Source: Balanoglossus misakiensis
Taxonomy: Eukaryota; Animalia; Hemichordata
Reading direction: 5' to 3'
Length of the DNA: 64,000 bases
NCBI GenBank assembly: GCA_040954595.2
Contig: CM082580.2
Span: forward strand, 62,001-126,000
Numbering within the stretch: position 1 is the first letter of the stretch; every line of letters begins with the position of its first letter. Below, one piece after another: positions 1 to 12,700 of the stretch. Position numbers and translations under genes: made by a program. A model generated the notes under the pieces. The model did not search any database. It saw nothing but the letters and a program-made list of their open reading frames with translations, and was not told the DNA's origin.

Positions 1-97
1 AGTCTGCCTTATGTTATTTTAAGTCAATTGTCAGGTTCATGTACATATTTTACAACTTATCTATCTTGTCAAAAACTTTCGCATGTACCTAATTCTA

Positions 98-1295
98 GGC
101 TTACCAGTAGGGTTATAGATACAGTGTATTATATTAACATGCATTAATATGAAACTAAATGTTGATGGTTAATTAAAGACCCCCTTGAGCTATGGTAACC
201 TCATTAAATATGTGCATATCTTATTCTAGTGGATGTGGTAACCTGGACATGGACAACTCTGGGGTCAAAATCTTTTGACAAACTTTTGGGTGATCTTGGG
301 TAAACTTTGACCTACATTCCTATATCTTGGCATCCGGCACAGATACATCCTTGACACTTGGAGTTATGGAACTATGTAATGGAATATTATGTCTTGCCTC
401 ATTAATTATGTACATACCTAATGCCAGCCTAACCAATAGGGCTGGAAGTCTGCCTTTTTTTGGACATGATACATTTGAGATCAACATTTTTCTACAGCAG
501 CCAGCCTTCTCTTAAAAAGAATGGACAATATAAAGGCTTTGCTGGTATACTGAACTTTGGACTCCCTCCCTGAGACTGTGTGCCAATGACGGGATAGCCT
601 ACTCAGCGTTGGGTAGATCCTAAGAAGGCCTCAGCCAGGCATCAGATACAAAAAGCGGAAATCCAAGCTTTAATGGTGGGTTACATCGTTAACTTCCCTG
701 CAGAGCTGATTTCTCAGACTGTGAGCCAATGACGGGTAAAGCCCCTAGGTAGGGGCCACCTAAGACAGGCCGGTCATGCTTTAGTCACAAAGAAGGGCAA
801 GTTCAGTCATACCATAACTTTGTCTGCTGTATATGCTTCATAATGATTGCATGGTATTTTGAGAATACATTGTCTTAAGGCAGTGTGACCAGCTAAAAAG
901 TACTGGCAAACACAGCCAATGTGTAATAAAAAACATCTAATTTGGCTGAATAAAAGACATAAAACACAGCAAAAGCACTGTGACTAGCTGAGACATAATA
1001 CTCCATTATGCATTTCCATCACTCCAAGTGTCAAGGTTGCATCTGCTCTGGATGCCAAGATATAGTAATGTTGGTCAAGGTTTACCCAAAGTCACCCAAA
1101 GTTCTGTCAAACAATTTTGACCCCAATGTTGTCCATGTTTAGGTTTCTCCCTCCACTGGATAGCCTACAATTAGATATGCAAATATTTAATGACATTACC
1201 ATAGATTAAGGCGGTCCTAAATTAACCATGAAATTATAGTTTCATGTTAATTCTTGTTATTACAAAACACTGTATCTATAACCCTTCTGGAAGCC
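98..1295. mobile_element. Decayed fold-back / long-TIR non-autonomous DNA element (arms ~98-394 and ~991-1295)
   Basis: GGCTTACCAGTAGGGTTATAGATACAGTG...AATATTATGTCT (98-394) is an imperfect reverse complement of AGACATAATA...CACTGTATCTATAACCCTTCTGGAAGCC (991-1295) over ~300 bp. No TSD or transposase is recognisable, and the element may extend beyond the window start. Confidence 0.6.
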
Positions 1296-2050
1296 ATACT
1301 TTGTTTCATGCTACCCAATATGTGAAAGTAGGTAAAAAATCAGCCAAGGTTATTTGAAATTTTGCTGAAAAAAATCCGGTCCCTGACATTTGGTAAAGGG
1401 GTCAAGACACTTGGCAACAAATTGTTGTCCCAGATTAGAACATATTCATAAAAAACTCAGGGAAAGAAGGAAGTTTTTCACAGCTTTGGTGCTTCAAATA
1501 GTAGAGAGGTTCCCAAGTTATTTCAATGAAACCTTAATGTCAACATTACATCGTTAGACTCGAACTCATCTGGCATAAAGCTGCTAGTTAAAGCCCTAAG
1601 GGTTGTGCCACTTTTTCATTATTTTCATCTAAGATTTGTCAATCTAAATAAGCTTACTGCTAGGTATACATCTACATGAACATCTTGTTGACTGACGATT
1701 GTGGCTGTAATTTAAAGAAGTCAGATATTTAACAGGTACCACACCTGTTTAATCTGCCTCTATACAAAGGGTACACATCTATAGTGGTATGCATCACCTA
1801 GATATGACAAACATAAGCACTTCAAGTAATATGGCTTTATGGTGGCGATTTTGAAGGATGTGGAGAAGATTTGAAAAACACTCTTGAGGAAAAAGATGTG
1901 TTAAATCTTTGAAATGTGTTTTATTCTTTGGTTCCCATTTCGTATATGTCTATCTACCACTGGGACCAATGTGAAATTGGTGGAAACTGGTCAAATTGCT
2001 TTAGAAATTGGTGTGTATTCATTTTGAGACCTCGTGGATTTTTTTTCATT

Positions 2051-4387
2051 TTTAGCTCACGTGAAAATCACGTGAGCTTATGGTTTAGCGATGTCTGTGT
2101 GTGTGTGTGTGTATGTATGTATGTGTGTGTGTGTCTGTCTGTATACCCGATATCTCAAGAACCGCTGAACCGATTTCAACCAAATTTAGTACACAGGTTC
2201 AGATATCATATGGCAAGAACTGGAAAGGTTTTGGTGCGTGTGGCTTTGATATTAATGAAGTTATTTAAGTTTTAATTTTTCTATTACATGGTTGTCTATG
2301 TGAGCTTTCGTTAATGCCGCATATATGACCAGTGGAAACGATAGTTTAAGGAGATCGACTGTTTGAGGGCGCTGTGAAATGAGACATTCCTGGCGATATT
2401 GCCGTGGTTCTGTCCATGCTCAGACGCTGTACCCGTCGTTACGAATAACTTCCCTACGTGAATCCACAAGGAAGCTAACGTTGTTTAGTTGCTTCATAGA
2501 GCGTAAATTGTTAATCTACAGGACCGTCAGACGAATACTCTTTTCAAATGAAGTTTGAAACTACTTACGAGTAAGTTAGTGGAGACAATATGGCGGATAG
2601 TTGGCGTGCAGCCGAATCCGCGTTATGACTATGACGTGACCCATTCATCAAGACAAACCGTTAATGATTCACGCATATTGTGGTCCTCACGCAGTCAATC
2701 TCAAAATGTCACCAGGCTTTCTATTTGTCTATTGTTCAGAGAAAAATAACGTGGCGGTTGATCACACTCAACAGTAAAATCCGTTTTGTGAGTTTATAGA
2801 CAGTCTGTTATCGCCAATACTATATAGCGATTGCTATATGGCTTACCCAATATGTGATCGAGCGAGAATGATAACATTGAATGTCTGTTCAGATCTCATT
2901 CCGTACGTCATACGTCAACATTTCGATTTCGATTTAATCCATTCATAAAGAATTTAGAGAAAGTCGTCTTGAATTGTGACCCCGACTATCAATTTTACGA
3001 TGATTTTTTGGCGCCATTGCATAACTACGTCAGCTGGACTTCCAAGGTTACCATTTTGTGTGTATGGAATCTTATCACAGAGACTACGTACTTTGACAAT
3101 ATGCCATGCTATATCAATGACGCCCCAGAAAATGTGGCAAAAAATGAATTTGTCTTCTCATGGTGGTGCAATATATTTTAATGTCTATTTTGAGGTTGAT
3201 TTTGGTTTTTGGCTAACATGTATATCAATGTCAGCTTATAGCATAAGTTGGTGTCCGTCGTCTATGTATGTCTGTATGTGTGCCTCATACAGAATTATGT
3301 ATTTTGCGAATGGATCAGTTTCGTCTAAATGTATTGATGTATGTATGTGTATGTCCATCAACATCAAAAACTTGAAACTACTGATATTTAGTGTGTACAT
3401 AGAAATTGTTATTGCGAAAAAATGCATACTGGTATTAACTGGAAAAATGTTCAAACAGTCAAAATTGAAAAACTTAATAACAGCGGATCAGATTCAGTTT
3501 AAAATTGGCGTGCATTGGTGTGCAAGAACTATGGGAAGACCTCGTATGATTTTGTTCAGGTGGAGTCAGTATCTGGCGTTTGCTATTTTTTATGAATTTT
3601 TGGGGGAATTTTCTGCAGTTTTGTTAAAAAAAATTCTTCTCTGAAATTACATGTCCAATTGATTGGAAACTTGGTATGGAGGTTCATAGGGCTTACCTGA
3701 ATCACATTTGTGCAAACGGTGGTGAAATTTGCAAAAATGCATTTTTGGGCAATATTTCCTGTTTTTGTCAAAAAATCAAATCCCGTGAAACTGTAAGTGC
3801 AATTGTTTTGATACTTTGTATTTGGGTTTCTAGGGGTGATCTCAGTCAGATATGATCAAATTGTAAAGAAATTTGCATAATTGTATTTTTTGGGAATTCT
3901 GCAGGGTTTGGCCAAATAGTCTTCAGTAAAACCACAAGTCCAATTGATTGGAAACTTTGAATGGGAATTCATATATGTGATATCAGTCAGATTTGTCTGA
4001 ATGACCTGTTGTTTGCCAAAATGTCTTCCTTATTGAAACTTGTTAAAGAGGTTCTTAGGCATGAACAGAAATCAGATTTGTTGAAATCTGGTGAAATATT
4101 CATACTTTTTGGTATATTTCTTGCCATTTTTGATCAACGAGTTTTAGAATTCCATAGACTTATCTTTTTATGCAGTTCAGGATGGGGTACATGACTCATA
4201 ACCCCTTACAAAAATTGACAAGGCAACAATTCCACAAACATGTTTACATTTCACAATGGTGCAACACACAACCCTTACACCATATACACTATAAACCAAA
4301 TTGGTTTAACACTGGTTTTTCTAATCTTGTTATTCTGTCAACCAATCACAGTACTGCACGTGAGCATATTCAGTTAATATCTGGTTT
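2051..4387 (+). mobile_element. Helentron-associated non-autonomous element (HINE / DINE-1-like)
   Basis: Starts in a T-run with an 11-bp hairpin AGCTCACGTGA-aaa-TCACGTGAGCT (2054-2078), followed by a (TG)/(GTAT)/(GTCT) microsatellite. Diverged ~130-160-bp core repeats lie at ~3470-4120. The 3' end has subTIR CACGTGAGC (4357-4365), a small hairpin CAG-ttaatat-CTG and a T-run. It sits inside older similar core repeats (~1900-2050, ~4390-4780). Confidence 0.7.
2093..2143 (+). repeat. Compound microsatellite (TG)n(TATG)n(TCTG)n in the HINE head
   Basis: Directly visible in the sequence. Confidence 0.9.
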
Positions 4388-5267
4388 GAAGTATATTTTT
4401 GGGGTGATTTTGGTCAAATACTCAAAAACCTCTACTCACAGTTCTTTGAAATTTGGTTTGCAGGTTCCTAGGTGTGTTATCACGACATTTTAACAAATCC
4501 TATGATGGAAGTGTCAATATAGTTTTTGTGGACAATTTTTGCCATTTTTGTTTGATTGCTTTGCAATTTTTTGTTTTGCAGTTTCCAGGGGATTTTTTTA
4601 CTGTGATATATCATAAATGTTCTGAAAATGAAAAAATTGTATTTTGGGGGCATAAAAAAAATTCTCAGAAAGTGCATGGTTGATCACTTTAAAAGTTTAG
4701 TTGTGAGTTAATGATATGTGCTTCTTTAGAATGATAATTGAATCAAATCATAGCTGAATTAGTTTTTTTGTTTATTTTGTTTGATATTTTTTCCTTATAC
4801 CTCAAAAATTGTTATTATAAAAGGGAAATTACTATTACATAGTTGTTTGCAATTAAGGAGGACCCCCTCCCCCACTGAAAATCGTATACACCTTGATCTC
4901 TCTATGTCTGTATTCATGTCTGTATGTATGTTTTACAAATGTATGCTCCCAATAAGAGTGAAATGATTTTTTTTATCGTAATACTTCTAAAGTGATTATT
5001 TCCTATGAGATATGCAGACTTATTACCTAATCGTTTCTGAAATTCTACCTCATGCTGTGTATGAAAAGTCTAATATATGTCATTGTCAAGATCCCCAAAA
5101 CAGGCTGATATAGTATCACATAACATTTGATAAAAGTATCCCAAACAGTGTGGCAATTTTGGTATACAGAAAAAAACACTAGAATGACAACAGCTACATG
5201 TATGTAGGCTAGCAATAGGAACACAGATAACAATTCTCCATATTCATTTTTAAATACGATAAGATTC

Positions 5268-5510
5268 GCTGAAATTGGCACATCTGTGTGCAGGCAAAGT
5301 CAGTTCCAACTCGGCTTGCAAATCGGACCAATGTCTCTTGTTCGCTGAGACTGTATGGTTCTAGTAATAGCTGTAAGAACTTGATCATTGACCAAACTCT
5401 TGGTTCAATTTTGCAACATTTTATGATTTCAAGCTGTACATATTTAACTCCGTTTCAACTATAGTTGGAGGGATAACATTGGAGCCATTTCACTGACAAA
5501 ATAGCGCTTA
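5268..5510 (+). repeat. ~240-bp sequence duplicated at ~6598-6673 + 8742-8885
   Basis: AGTCAGTTCCAACTCGGCTTGCAAAT..GAGACTGT..GGTTCTAGTAATAG..TTTGCAAC..TTTCAAGCTGT..TATTTAACTC..AGCCATTT..ATAGC recurs, split in two by the 6674-8741 insertion. Confidence 0.7.
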
Positions 5511-6334
5511 GGGACCATTCAGTTTTTACGGTGGGGGGAGGCTGGCAAAATCCAGGGGGTCACTTAAATTTTGAAATCCAAAAGAGGGAGTCATCTTTTT
5601 TTCAAACGTTTAGGGGGGAGGTCATATACATGTACCCACCGATGCTAACTTTGAGTGGAGTAGCAACAGTAAAATTGGTCCTTTCAAACATTGAGATAAT
5701 TTGCTTTTGACTTCATTAAAATGCAACTTTGAGCTACATATTTTACAAAGTTTTCTTATGTGGAAGGGGGACATCCCCTCCCACACCCATCCCCTTATTT
5801 CTTCGCCACATATAGTGTACCAGGGCAGAATACTTGGCATCCCACCCCCACTGATGTTAACTTTGAGTGGCAAAAGTCAAATATGTCCTCCCCAACATTA
5901 AGTTAATTTGCCTTTGAGTTCATTAAAATGCATTAATTGTATTTTACAAAATTGTCCTACGTACACCCACCCCTTCCACTTTTCTTGTTTTACCAATTCT
6001 ACCAACTATTGTATTGACGTGTCCTTTTAATTTATCCATAGACCTTCTTTATTGCAACGCTATACTATTATACACTTCAAATTATAAATTTCTTTAAGAA
6101 ATTTAGAATTGAGGTGTGAGGAGACCCTTTACCTTTATTGCATACAGTCAGTGTACATAAGATAAGGATGGCAAATGTTTTCGGGGTGGGAGGAGGGTCA
6201 TCATATTTTGGTCCTGTCAAAGGGGGGGGGGGTCATCATTTTTTTGGTCCTGGTTGAAGGGGGTGTCGGCCTGATTTTGAAAACCAATGACACAAACTTT
6301 TGCCCCCCCCCCTCCACCAAAACTGAACAGTCCC
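5511..6334. mobile_element. PIF/Harbinger-type MITE, 824 bp
   Basis: TTA TSD at 5508-5510 and 6335-6337. TIRs are GGGACCATTCAGTTTT..GGGGGG and CCCCCC..AAAACTGAACAGTCCC. No coding capacity. Confidence 0.8.
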
Positions 6335-6673
6335 TTACTAAAGGACGTCAATGTCTGTTTACAGTCAAATGCATTGCCATCAGAAAAAAAAAATGCAAAC
6401 AATTTCTTATGTTTGTAGTACGCACTTTTTGTATATCTGTAAACTGTGTCTCAGTTGTGAAATTCTAAGGAAATTTGTTCCTTGGGTAGAATAAAGGATT
6501 CTTAAACAAACTTAGTCACGAAAGCTAAATGGTTACCTCAGAGAAACTGTGTTAAATTTGGTCATCATTGTTTTAAATCACACAAGACATTCCCACAGCT
6601 AAGTTACTGCAGCAGTCAGTTTCAACTCAGCTTGCAAATTGGGATCATGTCTTGTGTTCATCGAGACTGTCTG

Positions 6674-8741
6674 TAGTCGAGTTGACAGTCACTACAACTG
6701 TATTGCAAATATGGCAGGGTTGGGCAACTCTTCTAATTTGCATTTGAACACCTTTTCTGTTTGCGTCAAAATGATGAATAATGTTTCGTTTTCAAGAATG
6801 CCTTAATATGGGCACCCAATACAAGACAACTGCATTGCAAATGGCATTTTCATTCAACTCTCCTGGGTACCTAAAACAATTTCAACATGGTTGACATGGC
6901 AATATTAGACAACTGTTCTAATTTGCATAATCCAAAATGGCCGCCAAATTTCTCTAACATGTTAATTTCCCATATTTGTTTTAAATGGTGTGTAATATCG
7001 AATTTGCAGGGTTTCCATTAATATGGGTACCTAAAACAATTTCAACATGGTTGACATGGCAATATTAGACAACTGCTCTAATTTGCATAATTCAAACACC
7101 TGCTGGATAATTTAACTTTTGCCATTCTTGTCCCATGATTGTATGTATTATATCTCATAACAGGCAATTAAGTGTGCTAATTGTCAAGCCAATCTTAATT
7201 CTTCATCTGCACCACAAATCAGATGCAAGGTTTAGGACTGGGAGTGTATGTGGGAGCAGCATATAGGGGCCTACAGGTATCTTTAATGGCAAGTCCTCGG
7301 TTAAAGCCAGAAGGTTTTCAGGTTGTAGGCCTCTATTGTATCTGCAACAGTTTCTATCACCTCCATCCCACTGGCCGGCACCCGAGGGGGGGGGGGGGTA
7401 CTTGAAATTTTTTCGGATGGTAGTCTGTCGCCCCAGTCGATAACATCAACACGTGTAAATGCCCAAAACCCGACCTATTTGTATTATAAGTCAAATTTTC
7501 TGGTCATTTACCCCAAGTTTTTCTTAAAGACTACATACCTATACACCTTTGTATGGGAGAACACATCCCCCACCCCCCTGCCAACACTATTTGGACAACT
7601 TTATTCTTGTTATACTTCTTTATAAGTCTAAATGTTCAGTAAGACAAGGCAACAAGTTATTGAAGCTGCTGACCATGGAAACTATGATGAAGTATATTTT
7701 TTTCCTAGCTGTACATGTACAGTATAATTGGCCCAATGTACCAATTGGAGATGTGTGCCTTACAAGCAACACAGGTTGTATATCCAAGCCTTGTCTGTTG
7801 GCACTATGAAGGGTATTGGAAGAATGTCTCTGCTGGCCACTTTGGCCAGCCACTTTTGGCCAGCAGACTATCAAAAGGGTCAAGAAAATAGCCCTAAAAG
7901 GTATGGCACTGTATGCAAATCTAGTGCAGGAGTGGATTGATACATTTCCCATCACTGTACATGCATCATCCTGTATGGATGATATGTACTCTAGCATTAT
8001 GCACCAGATAAAAATGGTCAAAATTGCAAAAAAAGGAGATGAAACTCCCACTGGCCTTTAACGCAATCCATAGATAAAGAGACAACATGTTCAGGCATTG
8101 GATCTAAACATGGTGGATACTGACGAGGGTGTGGTGAATGATGGTGAATCCCTGGATGTTTTGAGGTCGGAATTCTGAAAAGGATTCCCATCGTGAGATT
8201 GAGGAACAGGATGATGCAGAGGGGCTGGCTCTTTGTGACTCCTATCAGTGGGGATAGACATATATTTGGGATACAGAGGTTGCACTTCCTTGCTTCATGA
8301 TTAGTACGGTAACACTGCCAAATTTGCAACACAGTTGTATTGTTTAAGGTACCCATATGAATGTGCTAATCCTGAAAATACGATATTGCGCATCATTTTG
8401 GGAAACATGGCAAAATTTCACTTTTAGTGGTGATTGGCGGCCATTTTTGATTATGCAAAATAGAAAAGTTGCCAAACACTGCCATATTTGCAATACATAA
8501 CCAATATGGATGCAAATCCTGAAATTTTAGATATTACACATAATTTTGAGAAAAAAGGGCCAAGTTTTATTTTAGAGAAGGTATTTGGCGGCCATTTTTG
8601 ATCATGCATATTAGAAGAATTGTCCAACATTGCCATTTTGGCAACTCAGCTGGAATAGGTCTAGGCTCCCATATGAATGCCAATAAGCAAAAAACTTCAT
8701 AGGAAAGAAAATTTCTAGGTAGGAAAATTTTGACTCAACTT
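6674..8741. mobile_element. Academ-like non-autonomous DNA transposon
   Basis: 3-bp TSD CTG (6671-6673, 8742-8744). Termini are TAGTCGAGT / ACTCAACTT (imperfect). Subterminal ~160-bp repeats containing CAAAATGGCCGCCAA at ~6700-7100 are mirrored in inverted orientation at ~8320-8650. Boundaries are confirmed by the uninterrupted paralogous site at ~5348-5380. TAG termini with a 3-4-bp TSD are Academ hallmarks, but no transposase motif is seen. Confidence 0.6.
7381..7580. mobile_element. Small decayed MITE with CCCG-(G)n ... (C)n ends
   Basis: CCCGAGGGGGGGGGGGGGTACT at the left end and TATGGGAGAACACATCCCCCACCCCCCTG at the right end. The right terminus is degenerate and the TSD is unclear. Confidence 0.4.
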
Positions 8742-9137
8742 CTGGTTCTAATAATAGGTGTAAGGATGTGATCGTTTGATTTTGCAACGTTTTACAATTT
8801 CAAGCTGTGTGTATTTAACTCTGGTGCAATTCTGGTTGGAGAGACAAATGGCTTAAGCCATTTAATTGAAAATATAGCACTACTTCACCAGGGTTGTGCA
8901 GTACCTTTGACAACGCTTTGAACAATGTTGCAAAAAGCTTTGTGTTGAAGCTTGCTACAAGACTTGGCGTGCTGAAGCCTCTTATACTAGTCTTAGTTGA
9001 ACCTCAGCTGTAACTACGTTTGTGAAACCTTAACATTCAAATCTTTGGCCAAAGTTAGTGTTGCAAAGCTTCTTCAAAGTTTTGTGAACCTTAACAATGC
9101 TTTTCTATAGAAACCTTTAAACATGCGGGGGGGGGGG

Positions 9138-9341
9138 TGTAGTATTCTGACAGCTACGATCAATATAGCGCCCTCTAGTGTTGCATTGTTGGTGTTCCAC
9201 TGGTTTATGAATTGCTGTACGACGTCACTTCCGCCCAGATAAGGCGAAGCACATTGTTGAGTCTTTTCAGCCGATCAATAAATAGGTTGTTGTTATACCT
9301 TTTGATCGCATTATTATTCCCATGTTGATGGAAACATAACA
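9138..9341 (+). repeat. 5' LTR
   Basis: TGTAGTATTCTGACAGC...GGAAACATAACA, containing AATAAA; 201/204 identical to 13822-14025. Confidence 0.97.
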
Positions 9342-9355
9342 TGGTGGCAGCGGTG
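9342..9355 (+). promoter_or_regulatory. Primer-binding site, tRNA-Leu type
   Basis: TGGTGGCAGCGGTG immediately follows the 5' LTR and is complementary to the ...CACCGCTGCCA-CCA 3' end typical of eukaryotic tRNA-Leu. Confidence 0.8.
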
Positions 9356-9451
9356 AACGTGAGTGATCAGATGTAAGCAGACTTTACACAGTATCGACTA
9401 CACAAGACACCAAAACTACAGAAGAAAAGACCATCAAACTGACCTGACAAG

Positions 9452-9762
9452 ATGGCGGCCGCACTACAAACGCCCTTCACAGCCCCAAAGATGGAATGGG
9501 ACGCGCCAGATCTAGCACTAGCCTTCAGTCGTTTTCGTCAAAAATGTGAGTTAACATTTAAGACAGCACTTAAAGATGCTAACGATGAAGAGAAAGCTAG
9601 CTACATATTCTATGGTCCGGTGAACCAGGTCTTGACAAATACAACAGTTGGTCGTTTGAAAATGAAGACCAGCGGAAAGTCCCCACAGTACTATTCGACA
9701 AATTTTCCGAACACTTAGAGCCGAAGTCGAATCATCGCATACATAGATACCAATTCCAAGAT
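9452..9762 (+). pseudogene. gag: N-terminal Gag, separated from the long ORF by a 1-nt deletion near 9608-9611
   Basis: MAAALQTPFTAPKMEWDAPDLALAFSRFRQKCELTF..EEKASYI continues in another frame as LWSGEPGLDKYNSW..FDKFSEHLEPKSNHRIHRYQFQD, which is in frame with the 9763 ORF. Confidence 0.85.
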
Positions 9763-12700
9763 ATGAGACAAGACCCTGGAGAACCAGTTGATGATTTCTT
9801 TTCGAAATTGAAAAATGAAGCCGCCAAATGCAAATTTGGGGATACAAAAGAACAGGAAGCAAGACTCGTAGATCAGTTGATATGGGGGATCTGTCACCAA
9901 GAAATACAGAAGAAACTTATTGGGCGTGATGAGAAACTGACCTTGAAGGAGGCGCTCGATATAGCTAGAGGTCACGAAGCCACAACAAAACACATGAAAA
10001 CGCTCACAAATTGCCATATTGCTAATCCTGTGGATAGCAAGGCTGTCAACGCAGTAAAAAGGCAGCCCAACAAGACACACCCCAAACAATGTAAGCATTT
10101 CGGAAAAAAGCATGACACCTCAGTGAAAAGTAACTGCCCAGCATATGGCTCGAAATGCCGAAATTGTGGGAAACCTAATCACTGGCAGGCGGTATGCCGT
10201 TCCAAAACCAGCTCAAGCGAACCGAAGTCACAGCAGAGACGAGGTGGAAAACCAATCCATAATGTGACACGCTCGAGCAGCAACATGCATCAAATAGATG
10301 ATGAAGTCCTAGATGTTGGAACTATCGAAATAAATGCATTGGACAACATCAACAGACAAGAAGAAATATACACGAAACTGACAATCACACAGAGCGAAAA
10401 GAAAAGGAAAGTAGCACTGAGATGCAAGATTGATACCGGTGCACAGGGCAATATACTGCCCCTCTGCCTTTTCAAGATCATATTTCCAGAGAAACTGGAT
10501 AAACACGGAAATCCAAAACGCGGGCACTTGAAGGAAAATAAAACAATCCTTACCGCATATGGAGGTTCCAAAATCAAACAGCTTGGCACCATCGTCATTC
10601 CATGTGAACATAGAGAGAGGAAAATCAGATGCCTCTTCTATGTAACTGACGCCGCAGGCCCAGCCATTTTAGGGTTAAAGGCAAGCAGAGCCTTAAACCT
10701 GATACAAATAAACTGTTCAGTAGAAGCCATACAAGTGCAGGCGAGCCCAGAGTGCAAGACAGCACAGCCTGGAAGAAATGTGGAAGTGGAAAAGAGAAAG
10801 ATGAACGAACAGAAGCCAGCAGGAAAAAACAGAAACCCTGCAGATGACTACATAGACAGTAATACACCCATCGGGGACCGCCCTCCCATAAAGAACAAAG
10901 AACAGTTGCTGAGGATGTACCCTGATTGCTTTGACGACGTGGTCGGATGTTTTGAAAACTACACATACCACATCACTCTTGATCCAGAAGTACAACCAGT
11001 AGTACACCCTGCCCGCAGAGTTCCATTAGAACTAATGGATAGACTCAAAACCGAGCTGCAGGAGATGGAAGATAAGCAAATCATCGCCAAAGTGAACCAG
11101 CCTACGAACTGGGTCAATTCTCTTGTTGTCCGGGAGAAAGACAATGGAAGACTTCGCATTTGTCTGGACCCGAAGGACTTGAACAAAGCCATTAAAAGGG
11201 ATCATTACCCTACACCCACATTGGAGGAGATTACCCCAAAGTTGGCAGGCGCAACACTTTTCAGCAAGCTAGACGCGCGGAACGGATACTGGAATGTAAA
11301 TATCGATGAAGAATCATCCTTCCTGACGACCTTTAACACACCATATGGCCGTTACAGATTCCTACGAATGCCATTTGGGCTAAGGATGAGCCAAGATGTG
11401 TTTCAATTCAAAATTGATGAAACATACAGAGAGTGTGAAGGTGCAGTCGGCATTGCAGACGATATACAAGTCTTAGGATCAGGAGAGCGACACCATGACC
11501 TGCATCTACACGAAGCCATGGAACGAACCAGGAAAGCAGGCATTAAACTGAACAAAGAGAAATGCTACATCAAGACAAAAGAATGTAGTTTCTTTGGCAT
11601 GTTATACACAGAAGACGGAGTTAAACCCAACCCAGAAAAGGTCAAGGCGATAGAGATGATGCATCCGCCTAGAGACAAGACCGAACTGCGCACATTCCTC
11701 GGAATGGTGAACTACATGGGTTCATTCATACCCAGATTAGCTGAACACACAGCACCACTGAGAGAGCTCATCAGAGACGACACTGAGTTTGAGTGGTCTA
11801 CGACACACACAAAGTCTTTCAATATGATCAAGGACCTGATCAGCACAAAGACTACACTTGCTTACTACGACCGTAAGAAGCCTGTCACTCTACAAGTCGA
11901 CGCATCGGGAAAGGGAATCGGAGCGGTGCTCATACAGGAACAGAGACCTATAGCATTTGCGTCCAAGGCCCTGACACCAGCGGAAACCCGATACGCCAAT
12001 ATAGAAAGAGGACTACTCGCGGTAGTCTACGGATGTGAGAAGTTTCGCACATATCTCTATGGCAGAAGTTTCATAGTAGAGAGTGATCATCGACCGTTGG
12101 AGCAAATTCAGAGGAAGAATTTGACCAAGGCACCACCCCGATTACAGAGAATGCTGTTGCGCATACAGCCGTATGATTTCACCATACACTACAAGCCAGG
12201 CAAACAGATGATACTTGCCGACGCACTATCTAGACTGTCACCACAAGATCAGAACGAAATCAGTGACATAAAAGTCCAGATACACCACCTGGTGAAGATC
12301 ACACCAATGAGACAGATGGAGATCAAAGAAGAAACTACCAAAGATGAAATTCTTCAATTATTGATCCAGCAAGTCCTGAAAGGATGGCCAGATAGCATCA
12401 AGGACATTCACGCTGATATTCGACCCTACTGGTCTATTCGAGACGATATCGCTATCGAAGATGGTATTATCCTGATAGGCAGCCGACTCCTCATACCAGC
12501 AGTAATGAGAGATGAAATGCTACAACGCATTCATAGCAGTCACCTGGGGATCGAGAAATGCAAGCTGAGAGCCAGATCCAGCGTGTACTGGCCTGGAATT
12601 TGTAAAGATATAGAGAGACTAGTAACAGGATGCAACGCGTGCCAGAAATTCCAGAATTCCCAGCAGAAGGAACCGATGATTCCAATGGAAATTCCACCAC

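Noticed and set aside
585-770. Canonical SECIS, hammerhead, HDV or pistol ribozyme
   Set aside because: The helix after AUGA is too short for SECIS. There is no CUGANGA/GAAA core and no convincing pseudoknot. It is kept only as an unnamed motif.
2976-3644. 222-aa ORF (and 1916-2275)
   Set aside because: It lies in HINE microsatellite and core repeats, with CVCM-type low-complexity translation and no domain.
7620-8356. Overlapping ORFs inside the Academ-like element as a transposase
   Set aside because: They are short, interrupted and carry no transposase or helicase motif that I can recognise.
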